Assembly: GCA_044226625.1 (NCBI GenBank)
Contig: JBGAGQ010000079.1
Coordinates: forward strand, 1-27,753
Direction of reading: 5' to 3'
DNA: 27,753 nt
DNA from: Thermoanaerobaculia bacterium
GTDB lineage: Bacteria > Acidobacteriota > Thermoanaerobaculia > Multivoradales > UBA5704
Of the stretch, positions 1 through 10,179 are shown piece after piece. The notes beneath the pieces were generated by a model. That model worked only from the letters and a program-made list of their open reading frames with translations, ran no database searches and was not told the origin of the DNA. A program made the position numbers and the translations under genes. The first letter of the stretch is position 1. Every line of letters starts with the position of its first letter.

Positions 1-1
1 G

Positions 2-289
2 GAGGTGGATCTCGACCGGGCTCCCTTCGTGGAAATGCCAGAGCTCGTCGGCCTTGAGCCGGTGGAAGTGGCTGGGGTGACCGCTCTTCAAGAGGAAGTA
101 GATGGCGGTCGAAAACGGCCGGTCGCCACCGAAGCGCTCGGGGAGGTGCTCGGCCCGGACGGTTTCGGCGGCGCGGTAGGTCTGGGTGTAGTAGCCCCCC
201 TCGGGATGGGGGACCAAGCCGAGCACGGCGACCAGCTCGGAGGTTCGCGCCTCCTTAGAGTTGGTCGCCGGCTCGGACGGAGTCGTCAT
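2..289 (-). CDS. Cupin_5/DUF985-family cupin protein (partial, runs off left edge)
   Basis: Not in the ORF track. Manual translation from ATG at 289 gives [39 protein letters not shown]...FSTAIYFLLKSGHPSHFHRLKADELWHFHEGSPVEIHL. PHPEGG, TAIYFLL and HRLxxDELWHFH are DUF985 signatures. ATGA overlap with the etfA stop. Confidence 0.88.
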   Translation of the reverse strand, partial: MTTPSEPATNSKEARTSELVAVLGLVPHPEGGYYTQTYRAAETVRAEHLPERFGGDRPFSTAIYFLLKSGHPSHFHRLKADELWHFHEGSPVEIHL

Positions 290-1284
290 GCGCCTTTGGC
301 CGCTTTGACCGCCGCGGTGAGCGGCGGCAGGATCTCGTGGACGTCGCCCACGATGCCGTAGTTCGCGACCGCGAAAATCGGCGCGCCCGGATCCTTGTTG
401 ATCGCGACCACGCAGCTCGACGCCTTCATGCCGACCAGGTGCTGGATCGCGCCGGAGATGCCGAGGGCGAGATAGAGCTTCGGCGCCACTGTCTGACCGG
501 ACGAACCGATCTGCCGATCGCGCGGAAGCCAGCCGCTGTCGATCACCGGACGGCTCGCTCCGATCTCGGCGCCGAGGGCCTTGGCGAGGTCTTCGACCGG
601 TCCCATCTTGTCGCCGCCGCCGATGCCTCGGCCCACCGCGACGATGATCTCGGACTTGGTGAGATCGATCTGGTCGCCGCCCACCTCTTCGATGCCGAGG
701 ATCTCGCGCTCGGACTTGACGGCCGACAGATCGGCGAGCGGCGAGATCGGCGCCGGAGACGCGCCCGGTGCGGCCGAATCGGCCGAGAAGGCGCCCGCCT
801 GGACGGAGACGATCACCGTCCCTTCGCCCTTCACCTTCACCTTCGCCTGCAGTTTGCCGCCGAGGATCGGCCGCGAGAAGAGGAGCGCCCCCCCGTCCTC
901 GACGAAGCCGGTGATCTGCGGCAGGAGCCCGGCGTCGATCTCGTGGGCGAGGCGCGGCGCGTAATCGACCGTCTGATAGGTGTGGGCGAAGACCACGAAC
1001 GCGGGCCGCGCGGCGCGGATCGCCGGGGCGAGCGCGCCGAGGAAGGCGCCCGGGGTATAGCCGGCGAGGTCGGCGTGATCGGCCACGTGGACCGCCGCGA
1101 GGTTGCGCTGCGCCGCCGCTTCGGCAGCCGCGCCCACGCCGGAGCCGAGCACCACCGCCTCGGCCTTGCCGCCGAGCGCCGCCGCGAGCTTCTGCGCCGC
1201 GGCGATCGTTTCGAGCGCGGCGCGGGAGACCTGGCCGTCGCGCAGTTGGAGGACCGCCCAAACGTTGTTCGATGTGCCCGACAT
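286..1284 (-). CDS. etfA: Electron transfer flavoprotein alpha subunit (EtfA/FixB)
   Basis: FAD-binding motifs [46 protein letters not shown] and [11 protein letters not shown]. Start overlaps the etfB stop. Confidence 0.97.
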   Translation of the reverse strand: MSGTSNNVWAVLQLRDGQVSRAALETIAAAQKLAAALGGKAEAVVLGSGVGAAAEAAAQRNLAAVHVADHADLAGYTPGAFLGALAPAIRAARPAFVVFAHTYQTVDYAPRLAHEIDAGLLPQITGFVEDGGALLFSRPILGGKLQAKVKVKGEGTVIVSVQAGAFSADSAAPGASPAPISPLADLSAVKSEREILGIEEVGGDQIDLTKSEIIVAVGRGIGGGDKMGPVEDLAKALGAEIGASRPVIDSGWLPRDRQIGSSGQTVAPKLYLALGISGAIQHLVGMKASSCVVAINKDPGAPIFAVANYGIVGDVHEILPPLTAAVKAAKGA

Positions 1285-2078
1285 CAGATCACCCTCGCTT
1301 CCTGGCGCAGCTTTTCGACCAGCGCGCCGGCCGCCGTGGCGGCGTCACCCGAGAGGATCTGCGCGCCGCGCCCGCTCTCGGGGAAGGAGACCGAGACGAT
1401 CTCCAGCCGCGAGCCCGCGAGGCCGGTCGCGTCGGCGCCGAGCCCGAGGGCATCGGCGGTCACCTCGTCGATCGGTTTCTTGTTCGCGCCCATGATCCCC
1501 TTGAGCGAGGCGTAGCGCGGATGGTTGATGCCCGCCTGGATCTCGATCACGGCGGGGAGGTTCAGACGGAAGATCTCGTTCATACCCGATTCCATTTCGC
1601 GCTTGACCTGGGCAGTCTTGCCGCCGGACTCGATCTCCAGGCCGATCACCAGCCAGGCGTGCGGCCAGCCGAGGTGTCCGGCGACGAGCGAGCCGGTGCC
1701 GCCGTAGCCCACGTCGTCCGACTGGCTGCCGGTGAGCACGAGGTCGAAGCTCTCGCGGCGGATCGCCGCGGCGAGCGCCCGGGCGGTCGCGATCGCGTCG
1801 CCGCCGGCAAACGCCGGGTCCTTCAAGAAGACCGCGCGGGCGGCGCCCACGGCGAGGGCCTTCTTCAACGCGTCCTTCACCCGATCGGGGCCAAGGCTAA
1901 ATACCACCACCTCGCCGCCGGTCGCCTCGGCGATCTTCAGTCCCTCTTCCAACGCGTACCGGTCGCTCTCGTTGGTGACGAACGAGAGATCCTCTTCGTC
2001 GATCCAGCGCCCGTCCTTGGCCACCCGCAGGCGGGCCTCGACGTCGGGCACCTGTTTGATGCAAACGGCGATTTTCAT
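1284..2078 (-). CDS. etfB: Electron transfer flavoprotein beta subunit (EtfB/FixA)
   Basis: MKIAVCIKQVPD, NESDRYALEE, DLVLTGSQSDD and INHPRYASLKGIM motifs. GAGGAG RBS upstream. Confidence 0.97.
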   Translation of the reverse strand: MKIAVCIKQVPDVEARLRVAKDGRWIDEEDLSFVTNESDRYALEEGLKIAEATGGEVVVFSLGPDRVKDALKKALAVGAARAVFLKDPAFAGGDAIATARALAAAIRRESFDLVLTGSQSDDVGYGGTGSLVAGHLGWPHAWLVIGLEIESGGKTAQVKREMESGMNEIFRLNLPAVIEIQAGINHPRYASLKGIMGANKKPIDEVTADALGLGADATGLAGSRLEIVSVSFPESGRGAQILSGDAATAAGALVEKLRQEARVI

Positions 2079-2181
2079 CGCGGAACGTCTCCTCTCGGTT
2101 TCTTCGATCGGGAAGCGCGGCGCCGGGAGGTCTCGTCCTGCCGGGACACGCCGCGCGGGAATTCCTTCGTGAGTGTGGGAC

Positions 2182-2679
2182 CTAAGGGGCGGCGCGGGCG
2201 CCGTTCAGCAGGCGCCGCAGCGCGGGAGGCGGCAGGTTGAACGCCCAAATGCGGCCGTCCCAGACGAGGGTGGGGATGACGCGCCGACCGCCGCTGCGTG
2301 CCATCACGAGCTCGGCCGAGGCGTCGTCTCGATCGATGTCGACCTCCTCGTACGCGGCCCCCGCGTCGGCCAGCACGCGCTTTGCGATCCGACAGTCGGG
2401 GCACCAGCCGGCGCTGTAGACCGTGAGCGTGGCGGCCTCGACGCCGCGGCCGTCGGCGAGCGCCGCCGCCTCGTCGGCGGAGAGCTTCGTTCCGAGGAGG
2501 CGCAGCTTGCCGAAGGCGTCGGCGACGAGGAGCGCCGGCAGGTCCGCCCGCGTGAGACCGAGGCGGGCCAGAGACGCCGCCGCTTCGAAATCGGTCGCGA
2601 CGTCCGACGCCTCGGCCCCGTCCGGCGCCTCGAAAGGCGCCAGGCTCGAATCCCAAAGGAGCTTCGGTCGTGGGGTCAT
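2182..2679 (-). CDS. Glutaredoxin/NrdH/mycoredoxin-like protein with N-terminal extension
   Basis: C-terminal VYSAGWCPDCRIAK...YEEVDID...RRVIPTL (CxxC plus cis-Pro). Start taken at ATG 2679 (MTPRPKLL) because the longer ORF overlaps the SDR gene. Confidence 0.82.
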   Translation of the reverse strand: MTPRPKLLWDSSLAPFEAPDGAEASDVATDFEAAASLARLGLTRADLPALLVADAFGKLRLLGTKLSADEAAALADGRGVEAATLTVYSAGWCPDCRIAKRVLADAGAAYEEVDIDRDDASAELVMARSGGRRVIPTLVWDGRIWAFNLPPPALRRLLNGARAAP

Positions 2680-2713
2680 CGCGTCACGGTCCGTTCGTAC
2701 CGAATCGATTCGC

Positions 2714-3412
2714 TCAAGGCAGAGTCGGCCCCGGCACCCGTACCGCCGCGCCGTTGATCGCCCGCGCCGCGTCGGTGGTGAGGAACCAGATCGCCTCGGC
2801 CACATCCTCCGTCCGCGCCCAGGAGGCGGGATCGGCGTCGGGCATGCTCGCGCGGTTCGCGGGGGTGTCCATGGTCCCGGGCAGCACGGCGTTCGCCCGG
2901 CCGCCGCTCGGCGCGAGCTCGCGGGCGAGCGATTCGACCATCCGCAGCACGGCGGCTTTGGTTCCGGCGTAGGCGCCCACGCCGGCCGCCCCTTCGAACG
3001 CCGCGGGGGCGGAGACGGCGACCAGCGAGCCCCGCTTCGCGCGCTCGAACCGGCGCGCGGCCTCGCGAAAGATGCGGAACGTGGTCTCGAGGTTGAGCGT
3101 GATCAGGTAGCTCCAATCGCGGTCGGAGAGATCGGCGAAACGCGACCAGCGGAAGCCGCCGACGAGATGGACGATCGTGCTCGGAATCCCGGACGCGCCC
3201 TCGACCTCGTCGAACATCCGCCCGACCGCTTCGGAGCTCGCGAGGTCGACGCGCCGCACCGCGAGCGTCTCGGACGGCGCGAGCTCGGCGAGCTCGGCCA
3301 ATCCGCCCTCGTTCGCGTCGACCGCGAGGACTCGCGCGCCGCCCGCGAGGAAGCGGTTGACCACGCTCTTCCCCAGGGCGCCCGCGGCGCCGGTGATCAC
3401 GACTCTCGACAT
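2714..3412 (-). CDS. Short-chain dehydrogenase/reductase (SDR)
   Basis: MSRVVITGAAGALG (TGxxxGxG-like Rossmann motif), catalytic YAGTK (YxxxK), NAVLPGTMDTP. Start at ATG 3412 with GAGGAG upstream. Confidence 0.93.
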   Translation of the reverse strand: MSRVVITGAAGALGKSVVNRFLAGGARVLAVDANEGGLAELAELAPSETLAVRRVDLASSEAVGRMFDEVEGASGIPSTIVHLVGGFRWSRFADLSDRDWSYLITLNLETTFRIFREAARRFERAKRGSLVAVSAPAAFEGAAGVGAYAGTKAAVLRMVESLARELAPSGGRANAVLPGTMDTPANRASMPDADPASWARTEDVAEAIWFLTTDAARAINGAAVRVPGPTLP

Positions 3413-3764
3413 CGGGGAGTTCTCCTCTGAAAGGTGCCGTCCGGACACGAACGGGGGACCGCGGTTTCGGGCCTGGGCCTGGGCGGCCCGCCGCACTCGA
3501 AGCGGGCGACCGGGTCGCCGCCGACGCGATCCCGGTTCGCCGGAAGCCGGTTCGGCTTCGCGCCGACGAAGGGGATCGCCGACGGCCGAAGAGTACCACG
3601 GGGAACCGGCGCTCGAAGCCCCCGGCGCGCGCTTTGCTTGCCGGGCGTGGACAGGTCGAATCGGCACGTGTTACGTTGCCGCATTCCTCGCCCCGCCGGC
3701 CGGGGAACCGAACCGGCCGACGAACGATCTCACGGAAGCGAAACCGGGACCCCGCCACCTGCCG

Positions 3765-4496
<732 letters not shown>

Positions 4497-4527
4497 AGAC
4501 GGCACGGCGAAAGAGGCCCGCTCCCCC

Positions 4528-4995
4528 ATGGCTTTCCAACTCGGCGAACCGGAAGAGGACGGCCTCCTCGCGGACATCAACGTCACGCCGCTGGTCGACG
4601 TGATGCTCGTGCTGCTGATCATCTTCATGGTCGCGGCGCCGATGCTCCATCAAGGGATCGAGGTGAAGCTTCCGCAGGCGGCCGCGAAGAATTTGCCGCT
4701 TCGGGTGGAAGATCCCCTCGTCCTCTCCATCCGCGGCGACGGCCTGCTCTACCTGCGCGAGACGCCGGTGACCCGCGAAGCGCTGGTCGGCGCGATCCAG
4801 ACCGAGATCGCCGCCAAGGGCGATTCCTCGGTCTTCCTCAAAGGGGATCGCGAAGTCCCGTACGGCAAAGTGATCGAGGTGCTCGACCTGCTCTATCGGG
4901 GCGGCATCGAAAACGTCGGCCTGGTGACCGATCCCAACGGGCGGAGCGGACGCGACGCGCGCGACGCCGAAACCGGCCGCGGCCGCTCGGGCTGA
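4528..4995 (+). CDS. tolR: TolR (ExbD/TolR)
   Basis: DINVTPLVDVMLVLLIIFMVAAP and LKGDREVPYGKV motifs; operon position. Confidence 0.94.
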   Translation: MAFQLGEPEEDGLLADINVTPLVDVMLVLLIIFMVAAPMLHQGIEVKLPQAAAKNLPLRVEDPLVLSIRGDGLLYLRETPVTREALVGAIQTEIAAKGDSSVFLKGDREVPYGKVIEVLDLLYRGGIENVGLVTDPNGRSGRDARDAETGRGRSG

Positions 4996-5014
4996 GGCTG
5001 AGGCGATCGGAACC

Positions 5015-5926
5015 ATGGCCGCGGACGCCGTCCTCCGGGTGCTCTCCGACCGCGCGCGGGTGATCGAGCGGTCGCGCCGCGGCGAGATCGCGGCGCTCAC
5101 GGCCGCGGCGGTGCTCCATCTCGGCGTGGTCGGCGCCGCCCTCGCCCTCACCCTCTTGAAGCCGCGCCCGGAGCCGATCGACTTCGTCGCCGCGCGGATC
5201 GTCCCGGCCCAAGCGCTCGGCGTCGAACGCCCGCGCAAGCGCGTCGAGGCCCCCGGGCCGCCGGCCCCGAAACCCGCGGAAACCGAGGCCCCCCCCGAGC
5301 CGGAACCGCCCGCCCCCGAGCCGCCCCCGGTGGAGACGCCCCCCGCGAAGCCGCAGCCCGTCCCGATGCCGACCGGGCCGCTGCCGCGGCCGAAGGGCTG
5401 GAACGACCCGCCGCCGCAGGCCGTGACCCCGGCGGCCCCGACGGCGAAACCGGCGAATCCGGCGCCCGCCAAGCCGACCCAGACCGCGCCCCCGGCCACC
5501 AAACCGCCCGCGCCGGCCAAGCCGACCTCCGGCACCGGCGCTCCCGGACCGGGCGCCGACGTGGCCAAGGGGACGGAAGTGGGACCGCGCGGTTCGTCCT
5601 CGGGCACCGCGGCCGGGACCTCGCCGTTCGGCGACCGGATCGCCTCGATCGATCCGGACTTCACCTACGGCTATTACATCGAGCAGCTGCTGCGGCAGAT
5701 CGACTCTAAATGGACGCCCCCTCGCGTGGGGGCGAACATCCGGACCATCGTGCGATTCCGCATCCTGCGGCGGGGCGACATCGACCAGCTCGACGTCGCC
5801 GAAACGTCCGGGATCAACGCCTTCGACCTCGCCGCGTTGCGCGCGGTCCAGAACGCCGCGCCGTTTCCGCCGCTGCCCGCGAGCTACAGAAACCCGAACC
5901 TTTCCGTGAACCTGATCGTCCGTTGA
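5015..5926 (+). CDS. tolA: TolA/TonB-family energy transducer
   Basis: N-terminal TM helix with His (AAVLHLGVV), Pro-rich linker, C-terminal TonB_C-like domain (SGINAFDLAALRAVQNAAPFPPLP). Lies between tolR and tolB. Confidence 0.85.
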   Translation: MAADAVLRVLSDRARVIERSRRGEIAALTAAAVLHLGVVGAALALTLLKPRPEPIDFVAARIVPAQALGVERPRKRVEAPGPPAPKPAETEAPPEPEPPAPEPPPVETPPAKPQPVPMPTGPLPRPKGWNDPPPQAVTPAAPTAKPANPAPAKPTQTAPPATKPPAPAKPTSGTGAPGPGADVAKGTEVGPRGSSSGTAAGTSPFGDRIASIDPDFTYGYYIEQLLRQIDSKWTPPRVGANIRTIVRFRILRRGDIDQLDVAETSGINAFDLAALRAVQNAAPFPPLPASYRNPNLSVNLIVR

Positions 5927-5937
5927 TCCGAGGTGCC

Positions 5938-7335
5938 ATGACTTCTCGCCCGACCCGCCGATTCGTCGCGTTCTCGCTCCCGGGACTTGCCCTGCTGGGC
6001 TGGGCCTGGGCGTGGGCCCAGACCCCGCCGCCCCCCGCCCAGCCCTCCTCTCCGCCGACCGCCGCGCCCGTGCCGGGAACCCAACCGAGCGCGCAACCCA
6101 GTGAGGTGACGCTCGAGCTGTCGCGCAACCAGAAGGCGAAGATCCGCCTCGCGATCCCGCGCTACGCCAAGGCGGGCTTTTCGGCGGGCGAAGGGGCGGC
6201 GGCCTCCACGGAGCTCGAGACCACCGTGCGCGCCGACCTCGATTTCTCCGGCTACTTCGAGATCCAGGGCCCCGAGCAGCTTTCGGGCCTCGCGCTGAGC
6301 GGCGACCTGCTCCGAGATCGCGACGTCTACCGCTCGACCGGCAACGAAGTATTGCTCGCGGGCGATCTTCGCGAGGAGCAGGGAAAGGTCGTGTTCGAAG
6401 GGCGGCTGTTCGATCTCAAGAGCGGCCAGTCGATCCTCGCCAAGCGCTATCGCGGCAGCTACGCCACCGCGCGCCGGATCGGCCATACCTTCGCCGACGA
6501 GGTGATCCGTTACCTGACCGGCGCCGCCGGCTTTGCGCTGTCCGAGATCGCCTACGTCTCCGAACGGGGCAAGACGAAAGAGATCTGGCTGATGGACTAC
6601 GACGGAGGCAATCCCCACGCCGTAACCGGCCACCGCTCGACCTCGATGTCGCCGGCCTGGAACCCGGCGGGCGAGGGCGTCGCCTACACGTCGTTCGTCA
6701 ACGGTCCGCCGGGGATCTTCTTCGCCGAAGTCGCCTCGGGCAAGAAGCGGCCGGTGGTCACCTCGGGCACGCTCAACATCTCTCCCTCGTACTCGCCCGA
6801 CGGCTCGCGGCTCGCGTTCTCGCGCTCGGTCGGCGGCAACATCGAGATCTTCTCTTCGGACTCTTCCGGCAACAACCTGCGCCGTCTCACCCAGTCGGCC
6901 GCGATCGACACCAACCCCGCCTGGAGCCCGAAAGGGGGAACGATCGCGTTCACCTCCAGCCGCGCCAGCAATCCTCATCTCTACCTGATGGACGAGGAAG
7001 GGGCGAACCAGCGCCGTCTAACCTTCGAGGGAAGCTACAACGACGGAGCGTCGTGGAGCCCGGACGGCTCCGAGGTCGCCTACGCCACGCGGCGTGACGG
7101 GCGCTTCCAGATCGCGGTCACCAACGTGGTCACCCAGGACACGCGCGTGCTGACCTCGGGACCCGGGGAAAACGAGTCGCCGACCTTCTCGCCCGACGGC
7201 CGAAAGATCGCGTTCACCTCGCGCCGTTCCGGAACCAAACAGATCTACGTCCTAGACGCCGCCGACGGCGCGAACGTACGCCAGCTGACCACCGAGGGGA
7301 GCAACGACATGGCCGATTGGTCGCGGCCGAAGTAG
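5938..7335 (+). CDS. tolB: TolB beta-propeller periplasmic protein
   Basis: Signal peptide, TolB N-domain (DLDFSGYF; HTFADEVI), repeated PAWSP/SPDG PD40 blades. GAGGT RBS before ATG 5938. Confidence 0.95.
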   Translation: MTSRPTRRFVAFSLPGLALLGWAWAWAQTPPPPAQPSSPPTAAPVPGTQPSAQPSEVTLELSRNQKAKIRLAIPRYAKAGFSAGEGAAASTELETTVRADLDFSGYFEIQGPEQLSGLALSGDLLRDRDVYRSTGNEVLLAGDLREEQGKVVFEGRLFDLKSGQSILAKRYRGSYATARRIGHTFADEVIRYLTGAAGFALSEIAYVSERGKTKEIWLMDYDGGNPHAVTGHRSTSMSPAWNPAGEGVAYTSFVNGPPGIFFAEVASGKKRPVVTSGTLNISPSYSPDGSRLAFSRSVGGNIEIFSSDSSGNNLRRLTQSAAIDTNPAWSPKGGTIAFTSSRASNPHLYLMDEEGANQRRLTFEGSYNDGASWSPDGSEVAYATRRDGRFQIAVTNVVTQDTRVLTSGPGENESPTFSPDGRKIAFTSRRSGTKQIYVLDAADGANVRQLTTEGSNDMADWSRPK

Positions 7336-7442
7336 CGAAAAAACCCGCACTTCGCCGCGATATACTGCGAAAGCCGTCCCGGGTCCGCCGGATCGATTTC
7401 GTTTGAAAATTGCCACCTCCACCGAGAGAAGGAGAGACCCCG

Positions 7443-8033
7443 ATGAACCGCACCGCGATCACCTGCCTGATCCTCACCGGAGCCCTGGTCGGGCTCTACG
7501 GCTGCCCGAAGAAGAAGCCGGTCACGCCGGCGCAGGATCTGAACGTCGACACGACGACGGTCCAGCCGACGCCGCCCGCGCCGGCGACCGAGGTGCCCGA
7601 GCCCGTGGCGCCGAAGGTCGACGACCAGGTCGAGGACCGCTTGCTCTCCGCCGATCTCCAGGTGGTCAACGACGAGCTGCGCCGCCGCGGCTTCGCACCG
7701 GACGTCTACTTCCAGTACGACGAGAGCTCGCTCTCCGACGAGACCCGCGACCGCCTGGCGCGCAACGCCGACCTGCTCAAGGCGGCGCCGCAGCTCCAGC
7801 TGCTGATCGAAGGGCACGCCGACGAGCGCGGCACGAACGAATACAACCTCGCGCTCGGCGAGCGTCGCGCCAACGCGACGAAGGACTACCTCACCTCGCT
7901 CGGCGTGGCCGAGGCCCGGCTGCGCACCCTCTCCTACGGCGAGGAGCGCCCGGCTTGCACCGAAAGCGACGAGAGCTGCTTCTCGCAGAACCGCCGCGCG
8001 CACATGGTCGTGACCGGCCGGTCGAACGGATGA
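7443..8033 (+). CDS. pal: Peptidoglycan-associated lipoprotein Pal
   Basis: Lipobox LYGC; OmpA-like domain IEGHADERGTNEYNLALGERRA, SYGEERP, NRRA. AAGGAG RBS. Confidence 0.96.
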   Translation: MNRTAITCLILTGALVGLYGCPKKKPVTPAQDLNVDTTTVQPTPPAPATEVPEPVAPKVDDQVEDRLLSADLQVVNDELRRRGFAPDVYFQYDESSLSDETRDRLARNADLLKAAPQLQLLIEGHADERGTNEYNLALGERRANATKDYLTSLGVAEARLRTLSYGEERPACTESDESCFSQNRRAHMVVTGRSNG

Positions 8034-8878
8034 GGCGAACGATGCGAGCGGCGCGGCTGATCCGCCTCTCGTTGGGGTTGCTCCCGGCGCTCGCCGGGAG
8101 CGCCTGCGTATCGACGCAGGACATCCAAGGGATCCAAACCCAGATCTCCGACGTCCAGCGCCAGTTGCTCCAGATGCAGCAGGTCGCGCCCAGCAAGACG
8201 GATGTCGGCAACCTCGAGACGTCGATGAGCAAGCAGATGGACTCGCTGCTCAAGACCGAGGCCGACATGCAGGTCAAGCTCCAAGACCTCACCGGCCAGA
8301 TCGAGGCGCTCCAGGCGAAGCTCGAGGACACGACCTACCGCCTCTCGCAGCTCTCGCAGCAGATCGCGGCGACGAACCAGGAGCTCAAGAACTTCCAGAG
8401 CGCACCGCCGCCGGGCGCCGTGGTCGATCCGAACGCTCCCGGCGCTCCGCTCGACCCGAACGCTCCGGGCGCGCAGGCTCCCCCGCCGGTGCGCGGCGGC
8501 GCCGATCCCAAGGGGCTTTACGACGCGGCGTACAACGACTACCTCAAAGGGAGCTACGACCTGTCGGCGCGGGAGTTCCAGGAGTACCTCCAGAACTTCC
8601 CGAACACGGACCTCGCCGACAACGCCACCTACTGGATCGGCGAGTGCTGGTACCGGCAGAAGAAGTACCGCCAGGCGATCGAGCAGTACGACCTGCTGCT
8701 GTCGAGCTATCCGAAGAGCGACAAGGCGGCGGGCGCGCGCTTGAAGCGCGGCTACAGTTACATCGAGCTCGGCGAGAAGACCAAGGGGCTCCTGGAGCTC
8801 CAGCGCGTGGTGCGCGACTTCCCGGCGAGCGACGAGGCGAACCTCGCCCGCCAGCGCCTGCGCGAGCTCGGCGGTTGA
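8030..8878 (+). CDS. cpoB: CpoB/YbgF tol-pal TPR protein (probable lipoprotein)
   Basis: GSAC lipobox, coiled coil, then TPRs (LYDAAYNDY, ADNATYWIGECWY, YPKSDK). ATGA overlap with pal; alternative start at 8042. Confidence 0.92.
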   Translation: MRRTMRAARLIRLSLGLLPALAGSACVSTQDIQGIQTQISDVQRQLLQMQQVAPSKTDVGNLETSMSKQMDSLLKTEADMQVKLQDLTGQIEALQAKLEDTTYRLSQLSQQIAATNQELKNFQSAPPPGAVVDPNAPGAPLDPNAPGAQAPPPVRGGADPKGLYDAAYNDYLKGSYDLSAREFQEYLQNFPNTDLADNATYWIGECWYRQKKYRQAIEQYDLLLSSYPKSDKAAGARLKRGYSYIELGEKTKGLLELQRVVRDFPASDEANLARQRLRELGG

Positions 8879-8910
8879 CCCCGCGCGGGGCGTTGTGGTA
8901 AAAACTCTTG

Positions 8911-8938
8911 AGTCGCACTGCGGTGCGACTTTCTTTTT
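8911..8938 (+). terminator. Probable intrinsic terminator after the tol-pal operon
   Basis: AGTCGCAC-tgcg-GTGCGACT perfect 8-bp stem followed by TTCTTTTT. Confidence 0.65.
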
Positions 8939-9037
8939 GGCCCGAACGGACTCGAACTCGAAAGTCAGCTCACCCACGGTCGGATCGGTCGGAGTTCCCG
9001 ACCTTGGCGATCGAAGCGACGAAGGACGACGAAGGAT

Positions 9038-9304
9038 ATGGCGAATACGAAGTCGGCGGAGAAGCGGAACCGGCAGAACATCGCGAACCGTGAGCGGAAC
9101 CGCGGTCAGCGCTCGAAGATGCGCACCGCGATCAAGAAGCTGCGCAGCGCGGTCGAAGGGGGCGACGTCCAGGGTGCCCAGCAGATGCTGACCGCGACCC
9201 TCGGACTGATCGACGTGACGGCGAAGAAGAGGGTGATCCACGCCAACACCGCCTCACGCTACAAGTCGCGCCTGACCCGCGCCGTGGCCGGCGCCCAGGG
9301 CTAA
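9038..9304 (+). CDS. rpsT: 30S ribosomal protein S20
   Basis: [14 protein letters not shown]...RNR...SKMRTAIKK...[14 protein letters not shown]. Confidence 0.98.
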   Translation: MANTKSAEKRNRQNIANRERNRGQRSKMRTAIKKLRSAVEGGDVQGAQQMLTATLGLIDVTAKKRVIHANTASRYKSRLTRAVAGAQG

Positions 9305-9344
9305 AGCGCCCGATCTGCCGCGTGCGCCGGGCGAACCGGCGACT

Positions 9345-9383
9345 CGAGAGCCCTCCGCATCCTGGAGGGCTCTTGGCGTTTCT
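9345..9383 (+). terminator. Stem-loop/terminator after rpsT
   Basis: CGAGAGCCCTCC-gcatcct-GGAGGGCTCTTG stem (one G-U pair) followed by a weak T tract (GCGTTTCT). Confidence 0.6.
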
Positions 9384-9456
9384 GAGCCCCACGTGCCTCG
9401 GGCTCGCCTCTCGAAATACCCGGCCGGTCTCATCGGTTAGCCCACTCGATCCAAGT

Positions 9457-10179
9457 ATGCCCGCTCCCGATCCAGAGGCACCGCCCGCCCCGATCCTCGC
9501 GCTCCGCGACGTCACCCGGACCTTCGAGGAAGCGGGACGCTCGCGCACGGTGCTCGCGGGTGCGTCGACCGTCGTCCGCCGCGGCGAGATCGCGGTGCTG
9601 CTCGGACGGAGCGGCTCGGGCAAATCGACACTCCTCCATCTGATCGCCGGGATCGACCGGCCGACTTCGGGCGACGTCCTCCTCGAGGGGATCTCCGTGC
9701 CGAACCTCTCGGAGCGGGAGCGGACGCTGCTACGTCGGCGGCGGATCGGTTTCGTCTTCCAGTTCTTCAACCTGATCCCGACGCTCACGGTCGAGGAGAA
9801 CCTTCGGCTGCCGCTCGAGCTCGCGGGCAAAACCACGGCGTCGGATTTCGACCGGGCGCGCGATCTGCTGGCCGAGGTCGGCCTCGGCGACCGCGCGGGC
9901 GCCTATCCCGATCGGCTCTCCGGGGGCGAGCAGCAGCGGATCGCCGTCGCGCGCGCCCTGGTCCACGAGCCGGCAGTGGTTCTCGCCGACGAGCCGACCG
10001 GCAACCTCGATCTCGAGACCGGCCTGCAGGTCCTCGCGCTGCTCGACCGGCTCACCCGCCGGGCTGGGAAGACCTTGATCATGGTGACCCATAGCCAGGA
10101 GGTGATCGGGCTCGCTGATCGCCGGTTCGAGCTCCACGAAGGGCGGCTGGTCGAGCGCGGCACCGCCGAGGCGGCGTGA
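9457..10179 (+). CDS. ABC transporter ATP-binding protein (LolD/MacB-like, AttE type)
   Basis: Walker [41 protein letters not shown]. Start at ATG 9457 is inferred. Confidence 0.95.
   Translation: MPAPDPEAPPAPILALRDVTRTFEEAGRSRTVLAGASTVVRRGEIAVLLGRSGSGKSTLLHLIAGIDRPTSGDVLLEGISVPNLSERERTLLRRRRIGFVFQFFNLIPTLTVEENLRLPLELAGKTTASDFDRARDLLAEVGLGDRAGAYPDRLSGGEQQRIAVARALVHEPAVVLADEPTGNLDLETGLQVLALLDRLTRRAGKTLIMVTHSQEVIGLADRRFELHEGRLVERGTAEAA

Noticed and set aside
4918-4941. TolR C-terminal GLVTDPNG resembles the GxxIDPVG peptide motif
   Set aside because: GLVT is the ordinary terminal strand of TolR/ExbD proteins, so the match is most likely chance.
5240-5560. Repetitive GC-rich sequence in the TolA/TonB-like gene
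   Set aside because: Explained by the Pro/Ala/Lys-rich periplasmic linker; not an array.
8426-8473. DPNAPGAPL-DPNAPGA duplication (27-nt period) in cpoB
   Set aside because: Low-complexity Pro-rich linker expansion; not the IDPVG motif.
8940-9037. Possible tRNA after cpoB, a common location for one
   Set aside because: No cloverleaf, canonical T-arm or CCA end can be built.
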